Shown here in pieces: positions 38,951 through 50,800 of a stretch of DNA of 64,000 nt. The stretch's first letter is position 1; every line of letters starts with the position of its first letter. The DNA is from Raillietiella orientalis (Eukaryota). A program made the position numbers and the translations under genes. The stretch covers positions 11,160,001 through 11,224,000 of the forward strand of contig JAYWIR010000001.1 in the NCBI GenBank assembly GCA_036172245.1. The letters run 5' to 3'. The notes under the pieces are model-generated. The model searched no databases and was not told where the DNA came from. It was given only the letters and a program-made list of their open reading frames with translations.

Positions 38951-41425
38951 ATGGGCAGCAGTATCGGGCGCGCCATGAAAGTCCCTCCGGTTGCCGCCGG
39001 GTGCCACGTGGAAAGGTGGGCGGACGTTCAGACAGCCCCATCTGCTCCTTCTCCTCCACGCGGAGGGGTGCGGAGCGGCGAGGTTTGCCCGAAACCAGCC
39101 ACGCCCGAGAAGGGGGTCACTGCCCGTGAGACACGACATAAGTCCAATACCCTCCCTTCCCTTCCCTTCCCCTGCCTATCCCAACCCATTCATCCACTTT
39201 TGTTTTCTTGCCGCCTCCTCGTCACATGAGGGTCTGAGGGGGCGGTGGACGGGAGACTCCTGGGTGCCGCTCTGGAACGTACCTCCCTGCCGGTGGTAAG
39301 GCCTGCACACCACCTCGCCGGGGAGGGAGACGATCGGAGGGTCGTGGGGGCTAGCTGAGGGTGTCTCCGTCCGTCCAGCAAGTCGCGGGCTGCCCGGCGC
39401 GGCCCCCCCTGGTTTCTCAGTCTACCGCTAGAGGGACGCAGTGTCAGCCGGTTGGCCCCAAAGGGGTCGAATGCACGCAAGCAAACGGAAAGGGAAAGCG
39501 CACGCCTGTGCTGCGCAGGAGGAGAGGAGTGAAACTTCCGCTTCCGAAGCTCCGGGAAAAGGAACGAAAGTGGACGGGGAAGGAGAGAGATTCTTCCTTT
39601 CCTTTCCTGCTCCTCCCCCACCAACCTCCGGAGCGGAAGCCAAAGTCGGAGGGAGGAAAGCTGAGACTGCCGCTCTCCATGGAAACGTCGGTGGGAAGGC
39701 GGGGCGGCCCGCCGTGATTCCGCGTGAAATCCGGCTTCGTCTCGCCGGTCTGCAAACATCCCTGCCTCCCGTCCCTCCTTCGTTCCCCGAATGCGCCTCT
39801 TCCCCTTCGCTCTCTGCGTCATCACCATCCCCACCCCAAGCCCCTAGCGGGTCGGGCGTGAAATTAGCGACAGGGCCGCCGATGCAGTTCCCGTTCTGCC
39901 GGGACGGCTTGTCGGCGCGCAGCGGAGAGAGAGGATCTTTTTGCTTCCCTTCTCCATGCAGGCGCTCCGAGGAGGGAGGGGAGGAGACGCGAGCACAAGA
40001 CGCAGGCGGGAAGAGGAGGACCAGACAGGAACCCTCATGGCCTATGCCTACGTCGGCGCACATTCCTCAACGGACGGCGCCACCGGGGCAAACCAATCCG
40101 ACTTTCCCCTCTCGCTGGAGCTGCGTGCGCGAGCGCGGACCGGCAGCCATTTTTTTCTTCCTCTAAGGAGGGAAAAACGAAAGAAAGCGTAGAAAGCGAA
40201 AGCGCCTCGCGTGTCAGCTCGTCGCTTGGCGACAGATCCGTTGGATTGTTGAACAACCGACTACGTTCGGGCAACGGAAAACGAAAGTCTCTACAGGTGC
40301 GTGCGTTCCTCGCGCACGAAAGAGGCAGCACGAGGAATGCGAAGGCCTGGAAGCGCTCCTGAAACTCGCAGCGACGCCCGAGGAGGCTGCACGCGTGCGA
40401 ATTTCGGGAGAGACAGAAAGGGAGGAAGGGATAGCTTTTCGCAACATCCTGGGCTGTCCTCCCCGTATGCGGTTTTCCCATACCCCGGAACTTGGAAGCT
40501 GGGATTCTCGCTCGGGTTCTTGTTTCGCGTCGCACACACTCATCTACTGAGCTTCCGCTGGACAGGAAACGTTCTTAAGCGTTCGTTGTCGCTCTCGAGT
40601 TATCCTGCTCTCCTCATGGTGAAGCAACCTCTTTTCGCCTCGTCTTCTTCCCGCGGCGGCAGGGGGGGCGAGCAGCAGCACCTGCTTCCAAGCATCTCCT
40701 CGATGAACGGCTCTCCAACATGTTCGTAGATCCACGACTCGTCCGGCAGGAAGGGCGGTAGCGTAACCTGGATGTTGCAGGTCCGAGCGGATCTCCGACT
40801 GCAACGCAACGTCGGGCGGGCGGAGAATCTCCCGGATGCTCTCCGACCGTCGCGCCCGCGTAGAGGGGTCTCCCCTTACGGTAAAATGCCTTACAGGAAA
40901 GGGTGACAAATTTTGCGCCCCATCGCAGATATGATCCCTGCTGCTGCTTCCGCTTCGGCTGCCCTGTCCCCTCCCAATCTCTGCATCCTTTCCTTGCCCT
41001 TCCCGAAGCGGAATGGCGCTCGGCGGCGACAGACTGGGAACACTTGCTGCCGCTAAACTGCGTCGAAAGGAAAAGCGGAGAGGGAACTCCTAGCTCCTCC
41101 TCCCGGGGTCCACGTGAGAAAACCCTTTTCTTGGCAACGCAGACCAGGAGAGAGAACAGAAATGAGGTTCCACCGCTCAAGGTGGTTGGTCGTCTGAGCA
41201 GCGACGTGTCCTCGCGGTTCACCCTGCGCCGTCGTCCAGAGCACTCTGAGAGCGCGCGTGCAACGCCTCCATCCAAGTGGCCCCTGCAAGGACCGCAGGA
41301 GAGGCCTTCCACCTTTCCACCCCGTGCCACCTCCCGCCTGAGGCCTCCAGACCGCGCCAACGACGACGACGATGGGAAGGAAGGAGGAGGCGCGGAGGAC
41401 GGAAATCCCCAACCAGATGAACCTC

Positions 41426-41431
41426 TTTATT
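41426..41431 (-). terminator. candidate polyadenylation signal for Castor-B
   Basis: TTTATT on + (AATAAA on -), about 170 nt after the stop codon. Confidence 0.4.
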
Positions 41432-41596
41432 CAGGAATGCTTTTATGTCTCGGCAAGAGCATCAAAAAGAGGGGGAGGGGAGGATGATGAGGAGGAAGAA
41501 GAACATGAGATGGGCCACTCGTGGGTGCCACCTTGAGGTACTCTCGAGAACGGAATGGATCTGCTTGAAGGTCACCGCGGAGGAACCCTCCGGCGC

Positions 41597-41800
41597 TCAA
41601 TTCTTTTCGTGCTTGTATCTGTGGGAGGACATCTGCGACATCCCCAGAACGGAGAACCCGCACTGGATGCAGTGGTAGTGGGTCTGGCGCTTATTGTGCT
41701 GGCAGCTGCTGTTTTGACAATCCTGCGACGGAACATACCGCTCGAAACCCGCGGCGTTGATCGAGTGCAGCTTCTGGTGCTGTCGCCTGTGAGCCACCAC
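41597..41800 (-). CDS. cas: Castor-B last coding exon
   Basis: ttccag|GTGGTG; encodes VVAHRRQHQKLH..THYHCIQC..HRYKHEKN*. It is 204 nt long, the same as in Castor-A. Confidence 0.95.
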   Translation of the reverse strand: MVAHRRQHQKLHSINAAGFERYVPSQDCQNSSCQHNKRQTHYHCIQCGFSVLGMSQMSSHRYKHEKN

Positions 41801-44800
41801 CTGGAACAGAAGGATAAAGAGGGGAAAGCTCCAAGGGACCAACAAGAACTCTCCGTCGGATCCGTCGTTCTATCGACGCGCTGCCTGGGTGCACCGACGG
41901 CACAGATGAGTTCGCGCGCATCCTTCCCGTGGGAGCCGGTCGGGACTCTGCATGAGTGAGAGAGCACAGCAGGAGATGTGAGGATGAGCACGCTCGCATT
42001 GAGCTCCTCACTCCAGCACCGGAATCCCGGCTGGCACGCGTCCCCGGGAAAACGTTCGAGCGCCCTTCGCCGCCGCCGCCGCCATCTTGCGGCAGGAAGA
42101 CCGACACAGAGGGAGGACGTCCACTGTCGCTGCCGCAGCAGCAGCAACACCCAACCACTCTGGACGGTTCGCGCACGTTTCGGAGGGCGAGAGACTTCAC
42201 CGCCCAGCGAGTCTGGGGAGGGTGCGGGCAGCCGCAGCACTCTTCGTAACTACGAGTCCGCGGAGCACGAGGGAGTAGGAGGAGAAGGATGGAGTAGGAG
42301 TGGAAGAGGAAGAGAGGAAGTGAAGGATACGGAGGAGGAGGAGGAGGAAGAAAAGGAAAACAGGGAGAAAAGGGGTAGATTTCCGCTGTTCCTCTACTGA
42401 GCATTAACTGCTGCCATTACTTCCGTGAGGAATGTTGCTGCTTCAGGAACTCTGGACCGCTTGACGGCGAAGAGCAGTTCTTCCGCAACCACCAAGGTCT
42501 GTTGACGTTGCGTAATATGCAAATGATTGCCCATCGTTTGAGATGGCCGTATGAAACGACGGATGCTACGGCAGCCGCGCTCCATTTTCTGAGGTCCTCT
42601 CCCTCCGGGACGCATCTCCACCGATCCGAAGACGGGGCTCGAGAAGGACGCAGTCCGCACCACGTCGTCATCAGGAGGAAAATAAAGCCAAAGAAGGGGG
42701 GATGATGCGATTCTCCAGCCGGGAGGAAGGAAAGAAAAAAGGGATCTGGCGTACGCACTCTACAAAAAGAGACAGGAAAGGAAACGGGAAGAACAGGAAG
42801 AGGAGACGTTAGGAAGAGGAAAGGGAAGGCAGGTGGGAAATCCCCGAGATGTAGGGGATGGCGCGCAAAGATGCTCGCACAGAGCTTCTATCCATGTTCC
42901 CTCAAGGAGCGCGCAGTGGTCAGCAGGCGAGCCGCCGCCGTGAGAATGTCGGCAGGTGGAACCCGTCTCAGGCGGTGTTCCACTCGCCGGGCGGCCTGTG
43001 GTTTCATTCCGCCGCCGGCGAAGGAAAGCGGAGGGCCAACGGGGAGAAGAGGCACGGGGGGAGAGCCGCTACAGTGCCTCCGGAGCTCACCTTGTTCGTA
43101 TCGGAGCACACAAAGTCGCACTTCATGCAGTGGAAGTGCGACGACTTGCTCTGTGGCGTCCCGGAGGCGTGCTTGCAAGCGCTGCGGCCGCAGGAGACGT
43201 TGGCGCGGTACTGGCGGAAGTCCCCGCCCATCAGGGTGTCCAGGCGCTCGTGCCGGGCCGTGTGCTGTACGAAGCGCGTCTTGTCGCAGAAGCTGTAGCC
43301 GCAGTCGCTGCGGCGGCAGTGGAAGTGCGTCTGGTGCTCCCGGTACCCACAGTGGCTGTACCCGCAGTCCTCGTTAAACCTGAGGGAGCCGCCCGTCGGA
43401 GCTGCCGCTCTCCGGCTTCCGGCCCGACCTACGGGAACTCACCGGAATCTGAGGTACCCCGTGGGGATGGGCTCGTCTTTGAACAGGCGGAGGGGGGCGT
43501 GATGGTGGTGGTGGCGCGGCTTCTTGCTCTCTGGCTCTGGACTGAAGGACTTCCGCTTGAAGCCCTCGCGTCTACACGCGTCGAGGCGCTTCTGTGACTT
43601 TTCCTGCTCCTCTGCCGCCGCCGCTGCTGCTGCCGCCGCCGCCGCTGCTGGAGAGCGCTCTGAAAGGCAGGAGGTTGGCGAGTGCTCGCAGAGGACCGTG
43701 ACAAGGAAGACCTCGCCCCAGAACGTTCCGCCCCTCCCCCCCGCCTCCTGCTCAGAGGGAGCAGCAACAAAAATGGGAGAAAGGGAAAAAAATTACCAGG
43801 AGAGCTCGTCGCCATGGTTACGAACGGAGGTCGAACCAGGGAGAGTATGTTTGGTCTGTACCCAAACACCGGATATCCGACTTGGAAATGGGGAGGCAAA
43901 AAATAAGGGTGCGACTGAGTATCGGGCAAGCAGGCTGCTCCTACACAAAATGAGAGAGGCACGGTTGGTTCAATTAGGCATGTCACTGACCGGGAGGATT
44001 CTCATGCAACAGGTCACGGTTCCGCAGAAGGAAAGGGACCCTCGCCTATCCCCCACCGTAAAGAGGGTCCCAACCAGCGAAAGGAGGGTAGGTTGCTGGT
44101 CGCTGCTCGAGAAGACCGTCGGCAGGGTGGAGGACGAGGAGCGGAATGGCGGAAGCGGCACAAAAAGGGAGAGCGACCGAGGAGGACGGGCTCCGCAAAA
44201 GACAGAAAGGCAACCGCAGGGCCTCTGCAGCGTTAGGGGATGGCGGGTAGGGGGGAGGAGGGGAAGAAACGGAATCGGCGCCAAGGGCTTGCAGGAGACT
44301 ATTCTGGCGCGGTTACCCCGTCCGAGGCATCCTCGCCCTGACCCGACGAACCCTGAGCCCCCGGAAGAGACCGAAAGACTGAGAGGTCAGGGAGAAGGGG
44401 ACCACTCCTATTCCCCTGAAGAAGAGGACTGGGGAGGAGAAATTCTGCGCTCATAGGAGGAGAACGTTAGACAAGGCTCCACAACGGGGGTGGTCTCCTC
44501 AGGATGCAGGGTCCTCCCCCCCGACGCGAGAGCGGCTACATTCCCCACCCCGCCCCCTCCTTGCATACGAGCTCGGGAGGAACAGTGACCTTGCTGGAGA
44601 GCGACCCGCTCGATGGTCACGGCGCTCATCGGACGCTCTTCCTCTTCGTTCGCAGTGGCAGAGCGGGATGCGGTTTCCAGCGCCAGCGGCGCGTGGCACG
44701 CCGGGGGCTCCTGGCTGCTGAGAGCGTGCTTCAGAAAGTGCGGGTGCAGCTTGTCCATGTCGGAGAATGCCTGGAACGCGAGTGTTGGAGCCCGGGGCGC

Positions 44801-47800
44801 TTTCTCGGCGGGATGGGTGGCGGGGAAGAGGGGCGCGCGTGCACCCGCCCTCCCGCCCACCCGCCCCGCCCCGCCACACCAACCTGGTTGCACACGTTGC
44901 AGTGGTAGTGGTCCTTCCTCTTCAGCTTGCAGAAGGGCCGCCCGCAGGTGTTTTCGGAGCTGAACGCCGCCTGGAACGGAGCCGGGCATACGCCGGCAGA
45001 GAGGAGGGCGGAGATGGGCACCATCGGGGAAACCACGATCTCCACCGGCGGCTTCGCCTCGCCTGCGGGAGGAAGGAAACCGTGGTCAGCGCGCGAGAAG
45101 GTCGGCGCGCCCGAGGTGCGTCTCACCAGCGCCTTCGTTCTCCCTCTTGAGAACTTTCGCTGCACCCTCGCGCAGGCCGTCGGGGCAGCCCGACGGTGGG
45201 CCTTCGGAGGCCCCCTTCCCACGTTGGCTGGACAGGAAGGTGGAAATGGGGTAATACGTCCCGGTGGCCTTTATGACTAGAAGGGAGGCGCAGAGGAAAA
45301 AACCGTTAGCCCCAGGCGGTGTATGGGAGGGAACGCCAGACACGAGTTCCGACTTGGCAGTCTTCTCTTCCCCGCACCGGCTCCACCCAGCTCACGCGAA
45401 GCCCAGCACCAAGTCAGAGAGCGCGTTTCCGGCCGGTGGATTCCGTGGGACGGTAGCGCCTGGGAAGTGGTCCGTCCAGTGCGGTTGTCGCAACTTCCCC
45501 CCTCTCGACCATCATCGCACCACTGCCGCCGGTGCCCTCGATTTGCTCATCTCTGCTGTTCTAGACCCCACGGGCTGAAGAGGAAGTGCGCCATCTCGAG
45601 CGCGGACGCACGATCGAGGGTGGACTGTGCCACCCTGGCGCGCCATGGAGCAGCAAGACGCTGGCGAAAGGGTTATCTTGGCCCCACGCAGAGGTTGAAC
45701 GCGATGCCCAGCTGCTCGAGAGACGACCAGTGCTGCTGCCACCGCCCCCACTTCGCCGCGCGGCAGACGACCCGACGATGTCAACGCTCGGCATCCACGG
45801 GATCAATGCTGGGAAGTTCCAGAGACTGCTTCCAGGGGTCACTCCGTTGAGGACGAACTTCGGTGTCGCCGTCGCCGTCCGACCGGCAGATTTTAAACCC
45901 TTCCCGCTTCATTCTCCTCCTCCAGGCTGATGAGGGGCAACCAATCGTTTTGCGCTCCCATGTGAGCTCTGCGACGGCGGCGGCGGAGGAGGTGAGAGAG
46001 ACGGTGGAAGATTCCTCCTCCTCCTCTTCCTCCGCAGCATTTCCATTTCACGAGAAGCATTTTTGTTGTTGCGCCTTGTGGCCATTATCGTCAGCTAAAA
46101 GGAACGCGAGGCCGGCTGGACCTCGTGCCCACCGGCATCCGGCGGAACGGACCCTATCGCAACCGGCGGCGGGGCACCTGGGTGCAAAGGAAGAAGACCG
46201 GAAGGAAGGCGCCTCATTCGTCGGGACCGGAAAGAGCCCTCCAGCTTCGCCTTGCGGCGCGTCTTCGGGACGCGGTGCGTTCTGTTACCGCTGGAGGAAC
46301 CGGCGAGGAAGGGGGTGTTGCCGGCCGAAGGTTTTTCCGCGCTGCGCCCTCATTCCCTCCTTTTTGCCCGTCCGTTTCTTTGATACACACCGAGAGCATG
46401 TCCGCTTCCCCCTCCATTCGAAGCCGCACCAGCAATGGTGCTCTCTCTCGTCGCGGCGCCGACGCTCCGGGAAGCCTAGTCTCCACCTTGTGCAGGGAAG
46501 AAGGTTGTTTTTTTTTTTTCCTTTCCCCGGTCCCTTCCAGCCGCGTGCCCGGAGTCGCGTCTCCGCCTCGCGATCGCAGCGCCGCGCGCAGCGCTGTCCG
46601 GGGTTCGCATGCTTTGTTCCGGGGAGCGTCCGACTCGGGCCTTTTAATGACGTCTCGAAGCTCGAGTAAACAACGACGAGCTGTTTTTCTTGTTCACTAC
46701 CTTCGTGCAACAAACAGGACAGGCAACAAGCAAAACGGGGAATTGACGAAAAGAAAACGACAGCAAGTGAAAAAGGAAGACAAAAAAGAACGCGCCGACG
46801 CGCGGCTGTCCCGGTACTGCCCGCGCGATTCGACGTTCGCGCCCTCAATTCCAGCGGAGGGTGGGCGACTCCCTGCTTTCCAGAAGGATCGGGCCGGTGT
46901 CTGGAGCGAAACAGCCATCACGCATTCCTCTCCGCCCGCGAGAATCGCCCGCCGTGTCGGAGCCAGGACTGGGAAAGAGTCCAGTTGGGCGGGAACGGCG
47001 GGCCACGAGTGGACTCGAAAGAGGCGCGTCCGCAAAGCCGAAGGGCATCTCGCCACTGGCGAGCAGCGTGGGATGGCCAGCGATCAGGGAACGGTGAGCG
47101 AAGAGGAAAAAGGAAGGGGGGGGGGAGGAGGGGAAGAAGGAAACAAAGAGCTCGTGGGGAGCAACGCAGGCGGAAGGAGACCCTGCCGCCGCGTGGAGTT
47201 CGGAAGTTCACGGAGAGGTGCCGAGAGCAGAGGCGGCCTCTCGGAATTCCGATGAGACCGCGCTTGCGGCTGCCCTTTGAAAACCTCCTCCTGGCTGGGA
47301 GGAAGGGGGTGGGGTGAGGTGAGGGGATAAAACGCGGGAGAGGAGGGGCGTGTCGGTTCCCGACAAAGCTCGCACCCCTACGGGGTCCTCCCGGTGCGCA
47401 CCGCAATCTGCCGACGCTCGAGAACACTTCCGTGCCCCTTTGCGCCTTGACGCTAGGGAAGGAGCTGCCGCCGTGGCCGAAATCCAAGTGAACGTGGTGG
47501 TGGCGGCGGAAAAGAGGGAGAGAGGGAAGGAGTTGCCAAGGGGACGGGGGACCCCGCTCGGCGGTCGAATGCGGTGACTCTCCGTTGGAGCCGCAGCGGG
47601 TGTAGCGGCGGCGACCACGAACCGATGAGTGACGCCACCCAAGGTTTCCGCGGGTCGTCTCGTGAAGCGTGCAAGGGGGAAAAAACGGGAAGCGTCAGGA
47701 AGACCCGAGCAGATGGAGGTACGCGCGTGCAAAGCGACGATCATCCCGGGGAAGTCCGCGTTTGCCAAGGGTGAGCCGTACCGGAAACGCCCACGAAAGT

Positions 47801-50800
47801 GGGACCACCTGGAGCGGCTGTGGAAGAAGGAGGAGGGGTGGAGGAGGAGGGATGCATTTCTGGAGCATCTCACGCGAGCGTCAAAGAGCCATCTCGGCGA
47901 GCCGTGAGATGCGTGAGATGAAACCCAGGCCGCAGGGAACCTTCCCGGAAAGTCACATGGGACGCGCGTTCTCGCAGCAGCCCGGAGGGCAAGTGCAGAC
48001 GGGCCCGCTCGTCCTGGGCTGAGACCGAGCAGTACCGCGACCTTGCTGGCCACGTGCGCTCCTCTCGCGACACGGTGGTTCCCGCGAGCCAAAAGGTCCC
48101 GCCGCCGACTGCGGCGGGTTCTTTCGAGCGTCCCGGTCCCGTCGAAGCGTGGCGGCGGCGGCAGCCCTTTTCGCGCGCGCACGAAAACGGCTGCGGCGGC
48201 GAAAGGAGGGAGGGGGGGAGGGGAGAGACTCGTGATGTTGGTGGAGAGTACCTGCCGCCGCCGCTTGCGAGCAACGCACGAGAGCTGGGAGGCTGTTCCA
48301 GAACCTCAGCCATCGTCGGCATCCAAAAGATCCGCAGGCGCCCTCCGCTGACGGAGAACGAATACTCTGCTGCCTCTCGTCCAGTAGGTTGGTCGGTGTG
48401 AGGTCGCATGGGGACGGATTTCGGGAGGAGGCGGCAGCCTGGCGCCTCCCGTGAAGAGGAGCTAAATTTGCCGGAAGCACAGGACAGCGTCCACCCCTCT
48501 CCTCCCCACACTCCGGAATGAACAAGCAGGCTGCCGGAAAATGCCGTGAGCCAGTCTTTCTCCAGGCGTGCCTACGAAAGAGGGGAGGGGGGGCGCCCTC
48601 CATCTTTCTAGTCCACCCCCGCGTCCGCTACAGGAGACGAGGAGGACGCATGAGAATTTCGAGGATCGCCCTTTCTGGGAATTCCAATGTGAAGAAGAAA
48701 GGATGGCTGCCTGCCCCCCCGCATGCCGACCGGCCGGCCAGAGAGGCAAAGGGCTTCTCGTCCCCGAGGGCTCTGCTCGCCCTCAGGGAGCCGTGCTGCT
48801 TTCTCCCCGAGGGAACTGACCGACGCTTGAGCGCACAAGATCAGCGGGCAGCGGCGAAGACGGGTGCGTGCCCTTGGTGCAGTTCAGGGGCGTCGACCGA
48901 AGGGGAACTCTCATCACCAGGCGCCGGTGACCCTGCTTTTTGAACCCCACTCTCCATCCACCCCCTCCCCCTGTCATGGTCAGCGCCTCGGGGTGCCGCA
49001 GGACGCGGAAAAAGGACGTGGCTGCGGCGGCGGAGAGACTAACGAGGAGCGCGCAGCAGCAAGCGTGGGTGAGGGAAGATCACGTTCTCTCCCTATCCCG
49101 GATTTCCGGCCGGAACAGAGCGCAGCAGGAAGAATTCATCCCTGCAGGAACCAAGGCGCGCGAGCGGCAGTTGGATTCTGCGAAGAAGATCAGCACCAAC
49201 CGCCGCGGTTCCGAGCCCAACGAGGAAGAGGAGGAAGGGAAAAAGAGGAGGGGGAAGGGAAGGAGAAAATGAGGTGGAGGAGGGAGGCTCGCACGCGTGC
49301 CACTTCACCGGGAGACAAAAAAGATCACGAACTGGGTCAACTGGAGGATGAACCGGCGACGCGAAGAGAGCAGTGGACCTTATCGCCTCGGACTCGCATG
49401 CCCGTGGGCAGGAAGAGGCGCGTTCCTCCCCCTCGGGACGGACGCGATCTGTCCGCCCAACCACCCTTTTTGCACCCTCTTTTTCTACCCATCGCAGACA
49501 GAGGGAGTCCCGTCCCCCCTCGCTCGGAAAAATTCGACCGGGACCAGAACTGGGGAGATTGCGAAGGCACCCTCCTGCTCGCATATCGGAGGAACCTCCT
49601 CCTCATCCCCCACCCCCACGCACCTCGCGCGTGCCGCACCCTCGAAGGTGTGCAGACCTTTTGTGGTGAAGAAGGGTTGTTGTTGTTTTGTTCTTCGGCG
49701 CGCCGCTGTGTGTCGCGTCTGAACGCAAGCCGAGCGGGATCGACTCGGAGAACGGCCTTTCGGTGTTAAGGAGGGAGGGGGCAAAGTTCACCTCCTCACA
49801 GGTGACCAGGGTAGTCCCGGAAACATCAGGGGAGGGGCGAACAGGATCCCTGCTTCCAGGGAAGAGCAGCAGGAGGCGTTCAATCTGCAACGTCTCCGGC
49901 CGGCGGGCGGGAGCTGCGGGTCCCGGAGGTGGGTCGCCGCTACCTATCTGCGCGCGCGCCCAGAGCATGTCCCCTCCCGTCGGGCGTGGTCGGACGCGCA
50001 CAAGAATCCCGACGCGCAGGAAGAGGAGGAATGTGGGGAAGCGGGGGGGGGGAGAAAGAAAGAAAGAAAAAGAAAATCTTCCTCACCTTTGCTTTCCGGC
50101 GAAAGACATCCGCTAGCTTCTTCCGGCCCGGACTGCTTCCGGTCTCTCTGAGCATCATCAGGGTAGAGGCGTTCGTTCCCCGCGGGCACCTGACTGCAAA
50201 AAAAGCAGATGTATTTGTTGGACCAGGGGAAAAAGGGAAGTCGGGGAGTCATGGCGACCGGATCGAAACGATCCGAAGGCGCTTCCTTCCGTGCAGCCCA
50301 GGATCATTTCGGGATGCTCGGCCGAACAGTTTTTTCCCCTTCGAAGGACCAAGGTTTCTCCTCCCCTCCTGCCCTCCCTCCCTGCCGCGAGCGAAACGGA
50401 GGGGAAGAAAAGGTCAGGAGCGCTCGCTGCCGAAATTCTGCGTGTCGGAGCCAACCGGAAGTAAAAACTGCATCCCTAAGGAAGGCACCTGTTCGTTTCC
50501 TCCCCACCTCCCCCCATCACCGGCCTCGACCGCAAGCGGCAGAAAAGTCCATCGCGCTAGCCAGCGCGGCGGCTCGGACCACCACGACTGGCTGACTGGG
50601 TGACAGAGGCGGAGGGCGGGGACGCGTAGGCGCGCGAGGGAAGGGCCAAAAAAAAAAAAAAAAAAGGCAGGGTGGTGGCGGACCCCCCGGAGTCGCTTCG
50701 CCGCCGCCGCCGCACGCGACCCGCCCCGGAAGGATCTCCTCCTGCTCCGAGGGCAAAGAACGCGCAAGCGCAACAAGGGAGGTGCAGGCGTACTTTTTGC

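Noticed and set aside
45927-45960. CTGATGA followed by a possible stem as a hammerhead ribozyme
   Set aside because: No GAAA after the stem and no stem I or III.
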